A stretch of DNA of 64,000 bases from Candidatus Hydrogenedentota bacterium. Lineage in GTDB: Bacteria; Hydrogenedentota; Hydrogenedentia; Hydrogenedentales; SLHB01. Within the stretch, counting starts at the first letter, position 1. Each line of letters begins with the position of its first letter. The stretch spans positions 5,274-69,273 of the forward strand of contig BTWA01000028.1 of the NCBI GenBank assembly GCA_045863295.1. Direction: 5' to 3'. The translations under genes were made by a program, and so were the position numbers. The notes under the pieces were generated by a model. That model did not search any database and was not told where the DNA came from. It saw nothing but the letters and a program-made list of their open reading frames with translations. Shown piece after piece: positions 38,612 through 47,710 of this stretch.

Positions 38612-39845
38612 ACTGTTCTCCGCGTTGCAGACATTCGCACAAGGAGCGGTACACGTTCTTCAGATTTGCAACATTCACGTTGCCGCCGACGGCGCGCACG
38701 ATGCGCCGGGAAAGCGTGCCATGGCGAAGAATATGGTTTACCGGCCCGAGTAGTCTTACTTCATCGTCAGAGCACTTTGGAACCAGGTTCTTATAGATGT
38801 GACTCCACAGTTCACCCGCCGTAGCGCTTTGCCCGTTGAAGCCGAACGCGTTGAGGTATTCGCGATTGTCTATCGGCGCATCTTCGGCCGTCCGAACGGT
38901 ATCGCGCAGAATTTCCGCCAACGGAGGTACGGCCCACTTTTTTTGTTCGTCCCAACCGCACCAGTCCTCTTCCACTAACGCCCTAATTGTCTTAGTAACC
39001 AACATCACAATGGCAATATCCGCGGCGGGGCATTCCTGGACGTCCAGGAGGCGCACCTCAATGGTGTCTCTTTCGAAACGTGCAATGGCTCCGCGAGCAT
39101 TGAGCCATTCATCCTGCAAAACGGCATCAGGATCAAGCGGAGCAATTTCACGGTACAACGGCTGCAAGATATTCCGTTCATATTCGTCTGGCGTGAAAAC
39201 GGGTTCCGGTATGACGTCGCCGGTGACCATGGGCACCTTGGCACAGTTTGTTCGATATACTTCCAGCCGGTAATCCATGGGGCCCGCTAGTTTGGCGTCG
39301 GCAAACGGGGAACTGGCGGCTATAGCGGGCAGGAGGGGCAGGACTAGCCGAATCGCGGCATGCAGGCGGCCAAATTCCTCGTCGCCGCAAAACGGCAAAT
39401 TGATGTGCGCGCTCTGCAGATTGGCCCATCCGTGTCCCTTGCAATCGAATATGCGGTTGAAGGCATCGTAAATGGGCGAGTTTTCATGAGGCCAGAGCCT
39501 CATTTCGGCGTGCGGATCCATCCACGGGTGCATGGCGGTGGGCATCAGTCGCCCGCGCATTGGATTCAGAATGCGGTTTACGTCTCGTACGTGTTGGTCG
39601 AAATGGGTCGAAAGGCCCGCAAGCGACGCAGCCGGCCCGTTTGTTTTGAATTCGATGACGTGCAGGGTCAACTCATTTGACCAATTCAGCAGTCCGCGGT
39701 CAACTTCGTTAACGTACGAGCCGGCGACTGCTTTGATGACTTCGTCGCATGCGGGAAAGGTATTCAGCGAGTCCTCGCGGACGATCATGTATTCAAGTTC
39801 CACGCCAAACCCTTCGAACAAATGCAGGGGGGAATTTGGTGTCAT
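38574..39845 (-). CDS. Glutamate-cysteine-ligase family 2 (GCS2, YbdK-type) carboxylate-amine ligase
   Basis: N-terminus ...LHLFEGFGVELEYMIV..., with full-length resemblance to YbdK-type GCS2 proteins. Its start overlaps the upstream ATP-grasp stop (ATGA). Confidence 0.8.
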   Translation of the reverse strand: MTPNSPLHLFEGFGVELEYMIVREDSLNTFPACDEVIKAVAGSYVNEVDRGLLNWSNELTLHVIEFKTNGPAASLAGLSTHFDQHVRDVNRILNPMRGRLMPTAMHPWMDPHAEMRLWPHENSPIYDAFNRIFDCKGHGWANLQSAHINLPFCGDEEFGRLHAAIRLVLPLLPAIAASSPFADAKLAGPMDYRLEVYRTNCAKVPMVTGDVIPEPVFTPDEYERNILQPLYREIAPLDPDAVLQDEWLNARGAIARFERDTIEVRLLDVQECPAADIAIVMLVTKTIRALVEEDWCGWDEQKKWAVPPLAEILRDTVRTAEDAPIDNREYLNAFGFNGQSATAGELWSHIYKNLVPKCSDDEVRLLGPVNHILRHGTLSRRIVRAVGGNVNVANLKNVYRSLCECLQRGEQFDGALHGTPVHV

Positions 39846-41311
39846 TTGTGCGTGCCAGGCTCCTTCAGGGCTTCGATCCGGCTCAGGAAGACGCCCATTA
39901 TCTTGTTGTAGAGTTCGTCTTTCACAAGGCTGTCTTCCACCCCGGCATCAATGCTTGGATTATCGTTCACCTCGATTACACTCACCTGGTGCCGGTGCTC
40001 TTTCAAATCAACTCCGTAGAGTCCATCTCCGATGAGATTGGCGGCCTTGACGGCGGTCTTGATGACGGCAGACGGGGTTGCCTCGATGGGCACGCAATCA
40101 TGCTCGCCGTAGGTAATGTTTCCACTTTGTTCCGTTTTCTGTATTTGCCAGTGTTTGCTTGCCATGTGATACCGGCACACGTATAGCGGCTCGCGGTTAA
40201 GTACACCGACGCGCCAATCAAACGTGGTGGGCATAAACTCTTGTGCGATGATCAATTCGGACCTGTCCAGCAAGCGTTCGCATTCGCTTAGAAGCGTCTC
40301 GCGATCGTTCACCTTGATGACACCTTGGGAAAAAAAGCTGTCCGGTTGTTTCAAGATGCAGGGCAGTCCAATAAGGTCGTGCAAATCTTCGTAATTATCG
40401 CGGTGAACAATGACGGTTTTTGGGGTGCGAATGTTGTTCTTGCCGAGCAACTCGGCCAGATACACTTTGTTGCTGCAGCGCAGAATGGATTCAGGGTCGT
40501 CGATGACGACTAGTCCGTCGGCCGCCGCCCTTTGCGCAAACCGGAAGGTATGGTGATTGACCTGGGTCGTCTCCCGGATGAAGAGAGCATCGAACTCGGC
40601 GAGCCGGCCGTAGTCTTCCTTTTCGATGAACTCTGGCTCCATGCCAAGCGCTTTCGCGGCGCGTTCGAACTTCCGCAAGGCGCGCTCATTGGACGGCGGC
40701 ATTTTCTCTTCCGGATTGTGCAAGATGGCGATGTCGTATCGTGCAGTCGGCTTTTTCCGCACGGCAAACCGGGGACGCGAGAAATAGACCTTAGCTGCTT
40801 CCAGCACGAATTCCCAATGCTCGTCGGGAATGTCCTTTGCTCCAATTGGGGCTATCCGCTGCAACTCCCACTGTTCTTCAAAGGTGAAATGAGCCCGCAT
40901 CAGGGGCACATGAAACGCGTTCATGAGTGCTTTGCACAGTTTGTCGTACCTTCGGGCCATATTCTGGCCGAAATAGATGCTTAGGGTGAATTCCTTTGAT
41001 TGCAGCGGCCGAAGGCAGTGCTGCATCATCTCTTCCAGGTCTTCGGATGCGTAGCGCAGCAGCGTGACGGACTTCATGTCTTGAATCGTGGTCACGGCAG
41101 GGACGGGCCGGTGTCCGCGCGCGGCGGCAATCAGTGAAACATAATAGCCGAGACTCTGATACCGATACGACCGGCAGAGATTGAATACCAGCATGCCGCG
41201 GTCGCCGCTATATTCCTGGCTGGTAACATAGGTCCGGGCATCCACTACATCGACCCCGGGAAAATGGAGTGGCCAATGCTTGGTGTTGTCAACGATAATG
41301 AGCGCTTGCAT
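39842..41311 (-). CDS. RimK-like ATP-grasp ligase with about 190-aa N-terminal (RLAN-type) domain
   Basis: C-terminal 290 aa are RimK-like (...NKVYLAELLGKNNIRTPKTVIVH..., ...GLPCILKQPDSFFSQGVIKV..., ...IEVNDNPSID...). The N-terminal 190 aa form a separate domain consistent with the 'RimK-like ATP-grasp N-terminal' domain that I recall from comparative-genomics work. Confidence 0.8.
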   Translation of the reverse strand: MQALIIVDNTKHWPLHFPGVDVVDARTYVTSQEYSGDRGMLVFNLCRSYRYQSLGYYVSLIAAARGHRPVPAVTTIQDMKSVTLLRYASEDLEEMMQHCLRPLQSKEFTLSIYFGQNMARRYDKLCKALMNAFHVPLMRAHFTFEEQWELQRIAPIGAKDIPDEHWEFVLEAAKVYFSRPRFAVRKKPTARYDIAILHNPEEKMPPSNERALRKFERAAKALGMEPEFIEKEDYGRLAEFDALFIRETTQVNHHTFRFAQRAAADGLVVIDDPESILRCSNKVYLAELLGKNNIRTPKTVIVHRDNYEDLHDLIGLPCILKQPDSFFSQGVIKVNDRETLLSECERLLDRSELIIAQEFMPTTFDWRVGVLNREPLYVCRYHMASKHWQIQKTEQSGNITYGEHDCVPIEATPSAVIKTAVKAANLIGDGLYGVDLKEHRHQVSVIEVNDNPSIDAGVEDSLVKDELYNKIMGVFLSRIEALKEPGTHK

Positions 41312-42032
41312 GGCTTGGGGAGCGATCTCCGTCTTTCGGCTGGAGGACGAGCAGATTGGCGTCGTAGGTCAGAACGCCCAGGAGGATGGAACAGATCAGC
41401 CGGTCCATATTGACTTTGTAGAATTGGGTATCGGAGACCGGATTGGGGTCCTGCGGGTCGGCCACGAGCACTTCCCGATCTTCCTTGTCGTATCCACAGA
41501 GCACCACAAAATGGCCCTGCGGCTCGCCGCGTACATCGTCGAAATCGTCGTTGGGACCCCACTCTCGGGCGGTTCGGTACAGGTAGGTGGAACTCAACCC
41601 AGTGAGTATGGGAACGCCGCGCTTCAAGTACCGGCGAATGAGTGACGGGGTAAGGTCTTGCAACCCCAGCCTACCGCCGGCGTCAAGGTATTTCAGATAG
41701 GCTTGCGTAGCCACGTGGAACCGCTTTCCGGACTTGTTTTTGGCTTGGGCGCGTAGCTTGTCGGCCAAATCGGTGCCGGGAACGTCAAACCATGTAGGGT
41801 CGAACATTTGCAGGTTGAAAGTATAGATTTTCGCGTCATATCCTCGCTGCAGGGCCTGCCCAGCCAGCATTACGGCCAATGTACCGCCATTTTCGAGCCG
41901 GGGCGTGGCATCGATAACCTCTTCCAGAGAATACGTGTCGCCGTAGTAATTGTAGACGGCATGCAGACACGTGGGTCCGCAGGTAAATTCGTCGGGTTGG
42001 GCCAATATGCCTAATTGAAGCCGGGCGTCCAT
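41289..42032 (-). CDS. Standalone peptidase C39-like (double-glycine-leader-type papain-fold cysteine peptidase)
   Basis: Start chosen at the ATG at 42030-42032 (MDARLQLG...) with AAGGA 5 nt upstream. Upstream ORF sequence overlaps the divergent + gene start and was discarded. C39 signature QPDEFTCGPTCLHAVYNYYGD (Q...C-G-x-x-C-L) and His motif GHFVVLCGYDKEDREVLVADP (H-h-V-V...DP). First gene of the operon. Confidence 0.7.
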   Translation of the reverse strand: MDARLQLGILAQPDEFTCGPTCLHAVYNYYGDTYSLEEVIDATPRLENGGTLAVMLAGQALQRGYDAKIYTFNLQMFDPTWFDVPGTDLADKLRAQAKNKSGKRFHVATQAYLKYLDAGGRLGLQDLTPSLIRRYLKRGVPILTGLSSTYLYRTAREWGPNDDFDDVRGEPQGHFVVLCGYDKEDREVLVADPQDPNPVSDTQFYKVNMDRLICSILLGVLTYDANLLVLQPKDGDRSPSHASAHYR

Positions 42033-42216
42033 GTGTCCTTCTTGGGGCGCGTACCAATCCCCCATCGGCCTGTCAACGCGCCTCTGTCCTTGATTATACA
42101 GGTTGTAAAGCGACCAGCGGTAGCGCACGGCCCCCGGTGGAGAGGGGTTGGCAGACCTGTTCGCGTGATGTATAGTGGGGTATCGGGCAAGAAGCTTCAA
42201 TTCCTGGGAGTCCATC

Positions 42217-44007
42217 ATGCGGATCAGAAATACTGTAGCGCTGTTCTTTGTCGTTGCGGCCTTGGTATGCAGTTCCGCCATAGCCGAAGTGAAGGTTGGC
42301 GATATTCCGGCCGAATTCCGATTTAAGGATATCCGGTATGTCGAGCGTTCGTTGAGTGAGTTGGGCGAGTCGAAAGCCATAGTGGTGATGGCTTCCTCAA
42401 CCACCTGCCCGGTGGCTCAACGCTACTTGCCGGTTTTTCAGGCGTTGTCGGATCAATTCGGACATGAGGCCACGTTTGTCCTCATAAATGTCAGCGCTGA
42501 TGACTCCATCATGGATATGGCTCAACAGGCCATTGACTATAATCTCACGGTAACGCTGGCGAAAGACATAGACGGCACCGCTGTGAAAGCGCTTGGGCTG
42601 ACTCGAACGCCGGAGGTGGTGGTTTTGGACAGCGAAAGGCGCGTTCGATACCGCGGGCGTGTAGACGGTCAACACCGGGTTAGTGGAGTGAGTCCGGATT
42701 CGGGTCGTGCAGACCTTGCCTTGGCGTTGGAACAGGTATTGACAGGAAAGACGGTCGAAGTCACAGAGACACCGGTTGACGGCTGCGTAATATCTGAACC
42801 AGTGACGACGGCGGAAAAGGCTTACACGTATACGAGAGACGTTGCACCGATCTTGGACGCCCATTGTGTGAAATGTCACCGGGTCGATGGCGGGGCTCCA
42901 TTTTCATTGCAAACCTATTCGCGCGCGGCCGCTATGGCAGACATGATTGCGGAAGTCATTACTGAGGAGCGTATGCCACCGTGGTACGCGCATTCCGCGC
43001 ACGGAACGTTTGTGAATGCGCCGTCCATTTCGGACAGTGACCGGCGAATTGTGGCCGGGTGGGCTCGCGGCGGAAAGATTGAAGGCGAGGCCGAAGACCG
43101 GCCGGAAGCGCCGGTGTTTGCGGACTCCAAATGGCGCATTGGAGAACCGGATCTGGTGATCACCGCGAAGGATGAAATGCAGATTCCGGCAACGGGCTAC
43201 ATCAAGTACCAGTACATTCCGATGCCGTATGTATTTCCGCACGACACGTGGATTCAGGGTCTGGAGATCAGGCCCGAGAACGCAACGGTGCTTCACCACT
43301 GCAACATGATCTATATGCTGCCGGGCCAAGAGTATAGCCAAGAGACTCAATTCCTTACGGGATACGTACCGGGGGGTGCACCCGTGGATTTGGACAAGAA
43401 CCGGGCAATGATGATACCCAAAGGTGCGACGCTGGTTCTCCAAGCCCATTACGTGACTACCGGCAAAGAAGAAAGGGACCGTGTCTCCATTGGTATCCGG
43501 TTCGCAAAAGAGCCGGTGGAGAAAAGAGTCTATTATAAAATCATTAACAACGATTCATTTGCGATTCCAGCGGGCGATCCATTTTATTGCGTAACAGCCG
43601 AGGATTCGATGGAGGAGGACAGTACGGGCATCGCGATGTTTTCACACATGCACCTGCGCGGACGGGACATGCTGTTCAATGCGCACTTCCCTGACGGCAA
43701 GAAGGAAACGTTGCTGAGTATTCCCAACTATGACTTTAATTGGCAGCTGTCGTATGTGTGGGAACCTTTCACGAAGAAGTTTCCCAAAGGCACGCGCATC
43801 GAAGTGATTGCACACTACGACAACTCTTCGTTCAATCCGTACAATCCAGATCCTTCCGCGGTGGTCAAGGATGGCCCTCAAACCTTTGAAGAAATGATGT
43901 ACGGGTTCTTCTTCTACACCCGGGATGGCGAAAACCTCAATCTGGCCGTGAATCCGGAAACTGGCGAAAGCATGGGTGAAAAAGTGGCGGCTGCCGTGGC
44001 GCCGTAA
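42217..44007 (+). CDS. Secreted three-domain redox protein: thioredoxin/redoxin-like + Planctomycete-type cytochrome c (CxxCH) + copper type-II monooxygenase-like C-terminal domain
   Basis: ATG at 42217 (GGGAG upstream) with a signal peptide. Redoxin-like ...AIVVMASSTTCPVAQRYLP.... Heme motif ...VAPILDAHCVKCHRVDGGAPF.... C-terminal His/Met pattern VLHHCNMIY ... HYVTTG ... FSHMHLRGRDM ... M, reminiscent of PHM/DBH CuH/CuM ligands. Confidence 0.6.
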   Translation: MRIRNTVALFFVVAALVCSSAIAEVKVGDIPAEFRFKDIRYVERSLSELGESKAIVVMASSTTCPVAQRYLPVFQALSDQFGHEATFVLINVSADDSIMDMAQQAIDYNLTVTLAKDIDGTAVKALGLTRTPEVVVLDSERRVRYRGRVDGQHRVSGVSPDSGRADLALALEQVLTGKTVEVTETPVDGCVISEPVTTAEKAYTYTRDVAPILDAHCVKCHRVDGGAPFSLQTYSRAAAMADMIAEVITEERMPPWYAHSAHGTFVNAPSISDSDRRIVAGWARGGKIEGEAEDRPEAPVFADSKWRIGEPDLVITAKDEMQIPATGYIKYQYIPMPYVFPHDTWIQGLEIRPENATVLHHCNMIYMLPGQEYSQETQFLTGYVPGGAPVDLDKNRAMMIPKGATLVLQAHYVTTGKEERDRVSIGIRFAKEPVEKRVYYKIINNDSFAIPAGDPFYCVTAEDSMEEDSTGIAMFSHMHLRGRDMLFNAHFPDGKKETLLSIPNYDFNWQLSYVWEPFTKKFPKGTRIEVIAHYDNSSFNPYNPDPSAVVKDGPQTFEEMMYGFFFYTRDGENLNLAVNPETGESMGEKVAAAVAP

Positions 44008-44029
44008 TCCAATATGCATACGCTTGTAT

Positions 44030-44068
44030 AGAGATGAACGGTCATGGTGCCGTTCATCTCTGTTTTTT
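44030..44068 (+). terminator. Rho-independent terminator
   Basis: gagatgaacgg-tcatggtgc-cgttcatctc perfect inverted repeat, immediately followed by tgtttttt. Confidence 0.85.
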
Positions 44069-44083
44069 AAGGGGACTGCATGG

Positions 44084-44530
44084 ATGACCTTCCAAATAAG
44101 ACCATTCATGGATTCGGATACTGATGCTGTAGTGGATCTCTGGCGGGCATGCGGGCTAACTGTAGCGTGGAATGATCCGTACAAGGATATTTTGCGGAAG
44201 CGGCATGTGGGGCCGGAGTTCTTTCTCGTGGCGGAAGCGACCCACCGTATCGTTGGAACAGTCATGGGTGGTTACGACGGCCACCGAGGAAACGTAAACT
44301 ACTTGGGAGTTCTCCCGGATGTCAGGGGCGACGGGGTGGGCCGACAACTCATGGATGCCGTTGAAGTGCTGCTAATGGCGGCCGGATGTCCAAAGATAAA
44401 CTTGTGCGTACGTGCCACAAACATAGGCGCCATCGGATTTTATGAGACACTTGGCTATTCGCGCGATTCGGTGGTCTTGCTTGGAAAGCGACTAATTCCG
44501 GACATTCTGGACGTCCCATCGGGAATTTGA
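44084..44530 (+). CDS. GNAT-family N-acetyltransferase
   Basis: ATG at 44084 (AAGGGGA upstream). About 148 aa with an acetyl-CoA-binding region ...RGDGVGRQLMDAVEVLLMAAGC... (Q/RxxGxG/A-type motif). Confidence 0.8.
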   Translation: MTFQIRPFMDSDTDAVVDLWRACGLTVAWNDPYKDILRKRHVGPEFFLVAEATHRIVGTVMGGYDGHRGNVNYLGVLPDVRGDGVGRQLMDAVEVLLMAAGCPKINLCVRATNIGAIGFYETLGYSRDSVVLLGKRLIPDILDVPSGI

Positions 44531-44556
44531 CACGGATCGCCCGCAACCGCCATAAT
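44527..44556 (+). promoter_or_regulatory. Candidate sigma-70-like promoter for rpmG
   Basis: TTGACA (44527-44532), 18-nt spacer, CATAAT (44551-44556). It overlaps the GNAT stop codon. A second TTGACA lies at 44568-44573. GGAG sits 10 nt upstream of the rpmG ATG. Confidence 0.35.
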
Positions 44557-44614
44557 ACCGCCTCTTGTTGACAAGGATTTTGCGCAATACGTCCGCTTAA
44601 CGGAGTTATGAACG

Positions 44615-44785
44615 ATGGCGAAGAACAAAGGGAACGTCGTGCAGGTGATTCTGGAGTGCACCGAAGCACCCGGCACCTCGCGATATTACACAACCAAAAA
44701 CGTGCGGAACACGACCGGCCGCATTGAGAGGAAAAAGTATAATCCCTCGTTGCGCAAGCACACCGTGCACCGCGAAAAGAAGTAA
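44615..44785 (+). CDS. rpmG: 50S ribosomal protein L33
   Basis: Missed by the ORF track (56 aa). [56 protein letters not shown] matches the L33 pattern (MAK...I.LE.T...G..YYTTKN.R......E.KKYNP..RKH..H.E.K). Confidence 0.9.
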   Translation: MAKNKGNVVQVILECTEAPGTSRYYTTKNVRNTTGRIERKKYNPSLRKHTVHREKK

Positions 44786-44805
44786 CTTCAGCAACGAATA
44801 CATTG

Positions 44806-44850
44806 CCGCGCCCGCTGGTAAATTCCGGTGGGCGCGATTTTCTTTACGTT
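44806..44850 (+). terminator. Terminator after rpmG
   Basis: ccgcgcccgctgg-taaatt-ccggtgggcgcg hairpin followed by attttctttacgtttcgttt. Confidence 0.6.
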
Positions 44851-44883
44851 TCGTTTGGGTCCGGCGACCAGACAAGCAGGCCG

Positions 44884-46281
44884 TTACTGGCCCGGCCTTT
44901 GGTGCGTATCGACTATTGCATCCATCCATTGTGAAAGTCTTCCTCGCAACTCGGTGACCACCGCCACGTTAGCTGGATCGCTTATCACGTTCTTCAGTTC
45001 GAACGGATCGTCAAGCTGATCGAACAGCGCTTCTTCGTTTGTGTCGGTCAGGACGTATTTCCACCGGTCGCCACGAATCATACGGTGACCCATACCTACC
45101 GTGGCACCCACGCCGGTACATTCGCTGAAGACGTAGTCGCGAACTGTCGCATTTGGATTCGCAAAGACCGGAGTGAGCGAACGGCCTTGAATGTGATCGG
45201 GAAGGCGAATCCCCGCGAGATCCAGGAGCGTAGGATAGATATCCAGGCTGGAAACGAGGGCTTTGCTTCGCGCACCTTCTTTGACCACGCCAGGACCGTG
45301 AGCCAACATTGGCACACGCACCGATTCTTCATGCATGGTGATCTTATTACCGAGGCCGTGATTACCCAGATGGTACCCGTTATCCGCCAGGAACAGGATT
45401 ACCGTATTTTCGTAGTGGCCCGAATCCTTCAGGTTGGAGATCAATTCGCCGATCTGGCGATCAAGGTGCGAAATAGTTGCGTAATAGGCACGGGTGAACT
45501 CGACAATCTGGTCCCTGGTGCGCGGCGGCCCTGAAGGGAGATCGTTATAGTTCTTCACGTACTCCGAATCGCGGTAGTACTGTTCACCCGGTTTGCCTTG
45601 GTTGTAGAGGCTGCCTTTCGGAGGCTTTTCCATAAAGTTTGGGTCCGGTTGGATGTTTGCCTCTTTATAGAGATCGAGAAATTCCTGTTCAGGCAGTAGC
45701 GGCACGTGAGGTTGATGAGGCGCGACCCACAACAGGAACGGAGACTCCTTCCCCTTTCGGCCTGCCAGAAATTGTGCCGCATCGGCGAACGTGGTCAGGT
45801 CGTTGTAGTCACCGTTCTCTTTGCCTTCAGTGAATCCATATTCCAACGGAGATTTCAAATGGGACTTGCCGCAGAAGCCGGTTACATAGCCGGCATCGGT
45901 AAGGTCGTGTGCGAACGTTCTGTATTTGCCTTGATCCACGACGTTGGTCAAAAATCCTGTTTGATCCAAGGCCACCGAGCCGTGCTGCTGCGGGAAAAGA
46001 CTGGTAAGAATGCTGGAGCGGCTGGCCACGCAAATAGGCGACGCAACATAGGCATGTTCGAATATCGTGCCGCCGCTTGCGAGGCGATCAAGGTTCGGCG
46101 TTTGCACGATGGGGTTGTTGTACCCAATTGCGCGGTACACCCAGTCGTCGGCAAAAATCACAAGCAAGTTTGGCCGTCGTGATTGCTGCGCGTAGCCGGC
46201 TTCGCCCGACGGAGCTAGCAAGGCAAGGGTTCCCGCGGCCGCGCATCGGAGAAACTGCCGTCGATTGGGTTGGTAGGTCAT
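44884..46281 (-). CDS. Tat-secreted formylglycine-dependent sulfatase (arylsulfatase family)
   Basis: Start chosen at MTYQPNRRQFLRCAAAGTLALLA (twin-arginine signal). Sulfatase N-terminal motif ...LLVIFADDW... and FGly motif region SPICVASRSSILTS (a C-x-A-x-R variant of C/S-x-P/A-x-R). Confidence 0.85.
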   Translation of the reverse strand: MTYQPNRRQFLRCAAAGTLALLAPSGEAGYAQQSRRPNLLVIFADDWVYRAIGYNNPIVQTPNLDRLASGGTIFEHAYVASPICVASRSSILTSLFPQQHGSVALDQTGFLTNVVDQGKYRTFAHDLTDAGYVTGFCGKSHLKSPLEYGFTEGKENGDYNDLTTFADAAQFLAGRKGKESPFLLWVAPHQPHVPLLPEQEFLDLYKEANIQPDPNFMEKPPKGSLYNQGKPGEQYYRDSEYVKNYNDLPSGPPRTRDQIVEFTRAYYATISHLDRQIGELISNLKDSGHYENTVILFLADNGYHLGNHGLGNKITMHEESVRVPMLAHGPGVVKEGARSKALVSSLDIYPTLLDLAGIRLPDHIQGRSLTPVFANPNATVRDYVFSECTGVGATVGMGHRMIRGDRWKYVLTDTNEEALFDQLDDPFELKNVISDPANVAVVTELRGRLSQWMDAIVDTHQRPGQ

Positions 46282-46562
46282 GTTTCTACCCTTTTGTTTG
46301 GTTCGTGTTGGAACTTGCCAATTGATTTCCGCCCGAGTATGCATCGTATCGTAGGGGTTGAAGAATGCGAATCGCAACATCTTTACCGGTTTCACGGCAA
46401 GTATACCAACACAATGGCCTTGTAAAATGCGAGCTTTGGAAAGACACCAGACGACGGATCATTCGACAAATTATCGTTCTTGGAGCATGGTTCCCATGTG
46501 GCTCCCGTTGCGGCGGTCACGGATGTGGTGGAGGCACTTGCGAAGTCGACGACTGACTTGCC

Positions 46563-47594
46563 TCAAATCTCCAATACGATCTTGCCGAATTGTTCTCCGT
46601 TTTCCATGCGCATAGTGGCTATGCGAACATCCGCATGAGCAAAGGCGGTGTCTACCACCGGCTTGAGTTTGGACATATGCACAGTGTCCAGCATCTGGCG
46701 GAAATCTTCTTGCGTTCCCATGGTAGAACCCATAACGGTCACGTGGTTCCAATACAAAGCGGAGATGCTGACCTGTGCAGAGGCGCCGCTAGTGACACCG
46801 CAATGCACAATGCGGCCGCCTCGCCGGACCGTATCGAAATTGATTTGCCAGGTGGCCGCGCCAGTAGTGTCAAAGGCGACGTCCACTCCGCGACCGCCGG
46901 TGATGTCCTTGACAGCCAAGGCGACGTCTGGGTTGGCGGAGTAGTTGATGGCGTGATCCGCGCCCAGTTCGCGTGCACGTCTCAATTTTTCGTCGGACGA
47001 TGATGTGACGATGACTTCCGCTTGAATCAGCTTGGCGAGTTGAAGAGCGGCCAGCGCAACGCCTCCTCCGATGCCGTGAATGAGAATGCGTTCTCCGGGC
47101 TTCGTCTTTGCGCGGGAAAACAGCATTCTCCATGCGGTAATGTGCGCAAGAGGTAGTGCGGCCGCCTCCGCCGGAGTCAGATGAGACGGTTTGGACATGA
47201 TGTTCGCGGCGGGAAGCGCTACCTTCTCGGCAAAAGTACCGGGGCGGCTCATGCCCACGATGCCGAAGTACAGGCATTCACTGTGTTCACCCCTCCGGCA
47301 AAACTCGCATGTTCCGCAACTCAAACCCGGATTGATGACGACTTCCGTGCCCTCCTTGATGTCCTTCACGTGGCGGCCTACGGCAGAAACAATGCCGGCG
47401 GCATCGGATCCGAGTACGTGGGGAAACATCAGTTCAAGACCGGGCCGGCCTCGTCTCACCCAAATGTCGAGGTGGTTCAATGCGGCTGCCTTGACATCAA
47501 CGACGACTTCATCGACGTCGGGTTTGGGATCGGCAACTTCTTCAATATGGATGTGTTCGATTCCACCATTCTGATTGATTACAGCGGCTTTCAT
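46563..47594 (-). CDS. Zinc-containing alcohol dehydrogenase (MDR superfamily)
   Basis: Start at MKAAVINQ. Structural-zinc CGTCEFCRRGEHSEC, catalytic-zinc region GSDAAGIV and Rossmann GIGGGVALAALQLAK. Confidence 0.85.
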   Translation of the reverse strand: MKAAVINQNGGIEHIHIEEVADPKPDVDEVVVDVKAAALNHLDIWVRRGRPGLELMFPHVLGSDAAGIVSAVGRHVKDIKEGTEVVINPGLSCGTCEFCRRGEHSECLYFGIVGMSRPGTFAEKVALPAANIMSKPSHLTPAEAAALPLAHITAWRMLFSRAKTKPGERILIHGIGGGVALAALQLAKLIQAEVIVTSSSDEKLRRARELGADHAINYSANPDVALAVKDITGGRGVDVAFDTTGAATWQINFDTVRRGGRIVHCGVTSGASAQVSISALYWNHVTVMGSTMGTQEDFRQMLDTVHMSKLKPVVDTAFAHADVRIATMRMENGEQFGKIVLEI

Positions 47595-47710
47595 GGTGAA
47601 TCTCCCGATGGGTTTGTCACTGTGGTGCACAAGTTTCCATTATAGGACTTGCGAAAGCGATAGGAAATCGGGCAATTCCCCGGGGTTTTGAACCGGGGGG
47701 CCGGAAAGTG

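Noticed and set aside
42033-42404. Upstream 124 codons of the minus-strand C39 ORF
   Set aside because: It overlaps the start and signal peptide of the divergent plus-strand gene at 42217. The internal ATG at 42032 has a proper RBS and begins right at the conserved C39 domain.
44884-46281. Sulfatase FGly motif C-V-A-S-R flagged as possibly aberrant (Ala in place of Pro)
   Set aside because: The accepted maturation motif is C/S-x-P/A-x-R, so the Ala variant is within the known range.
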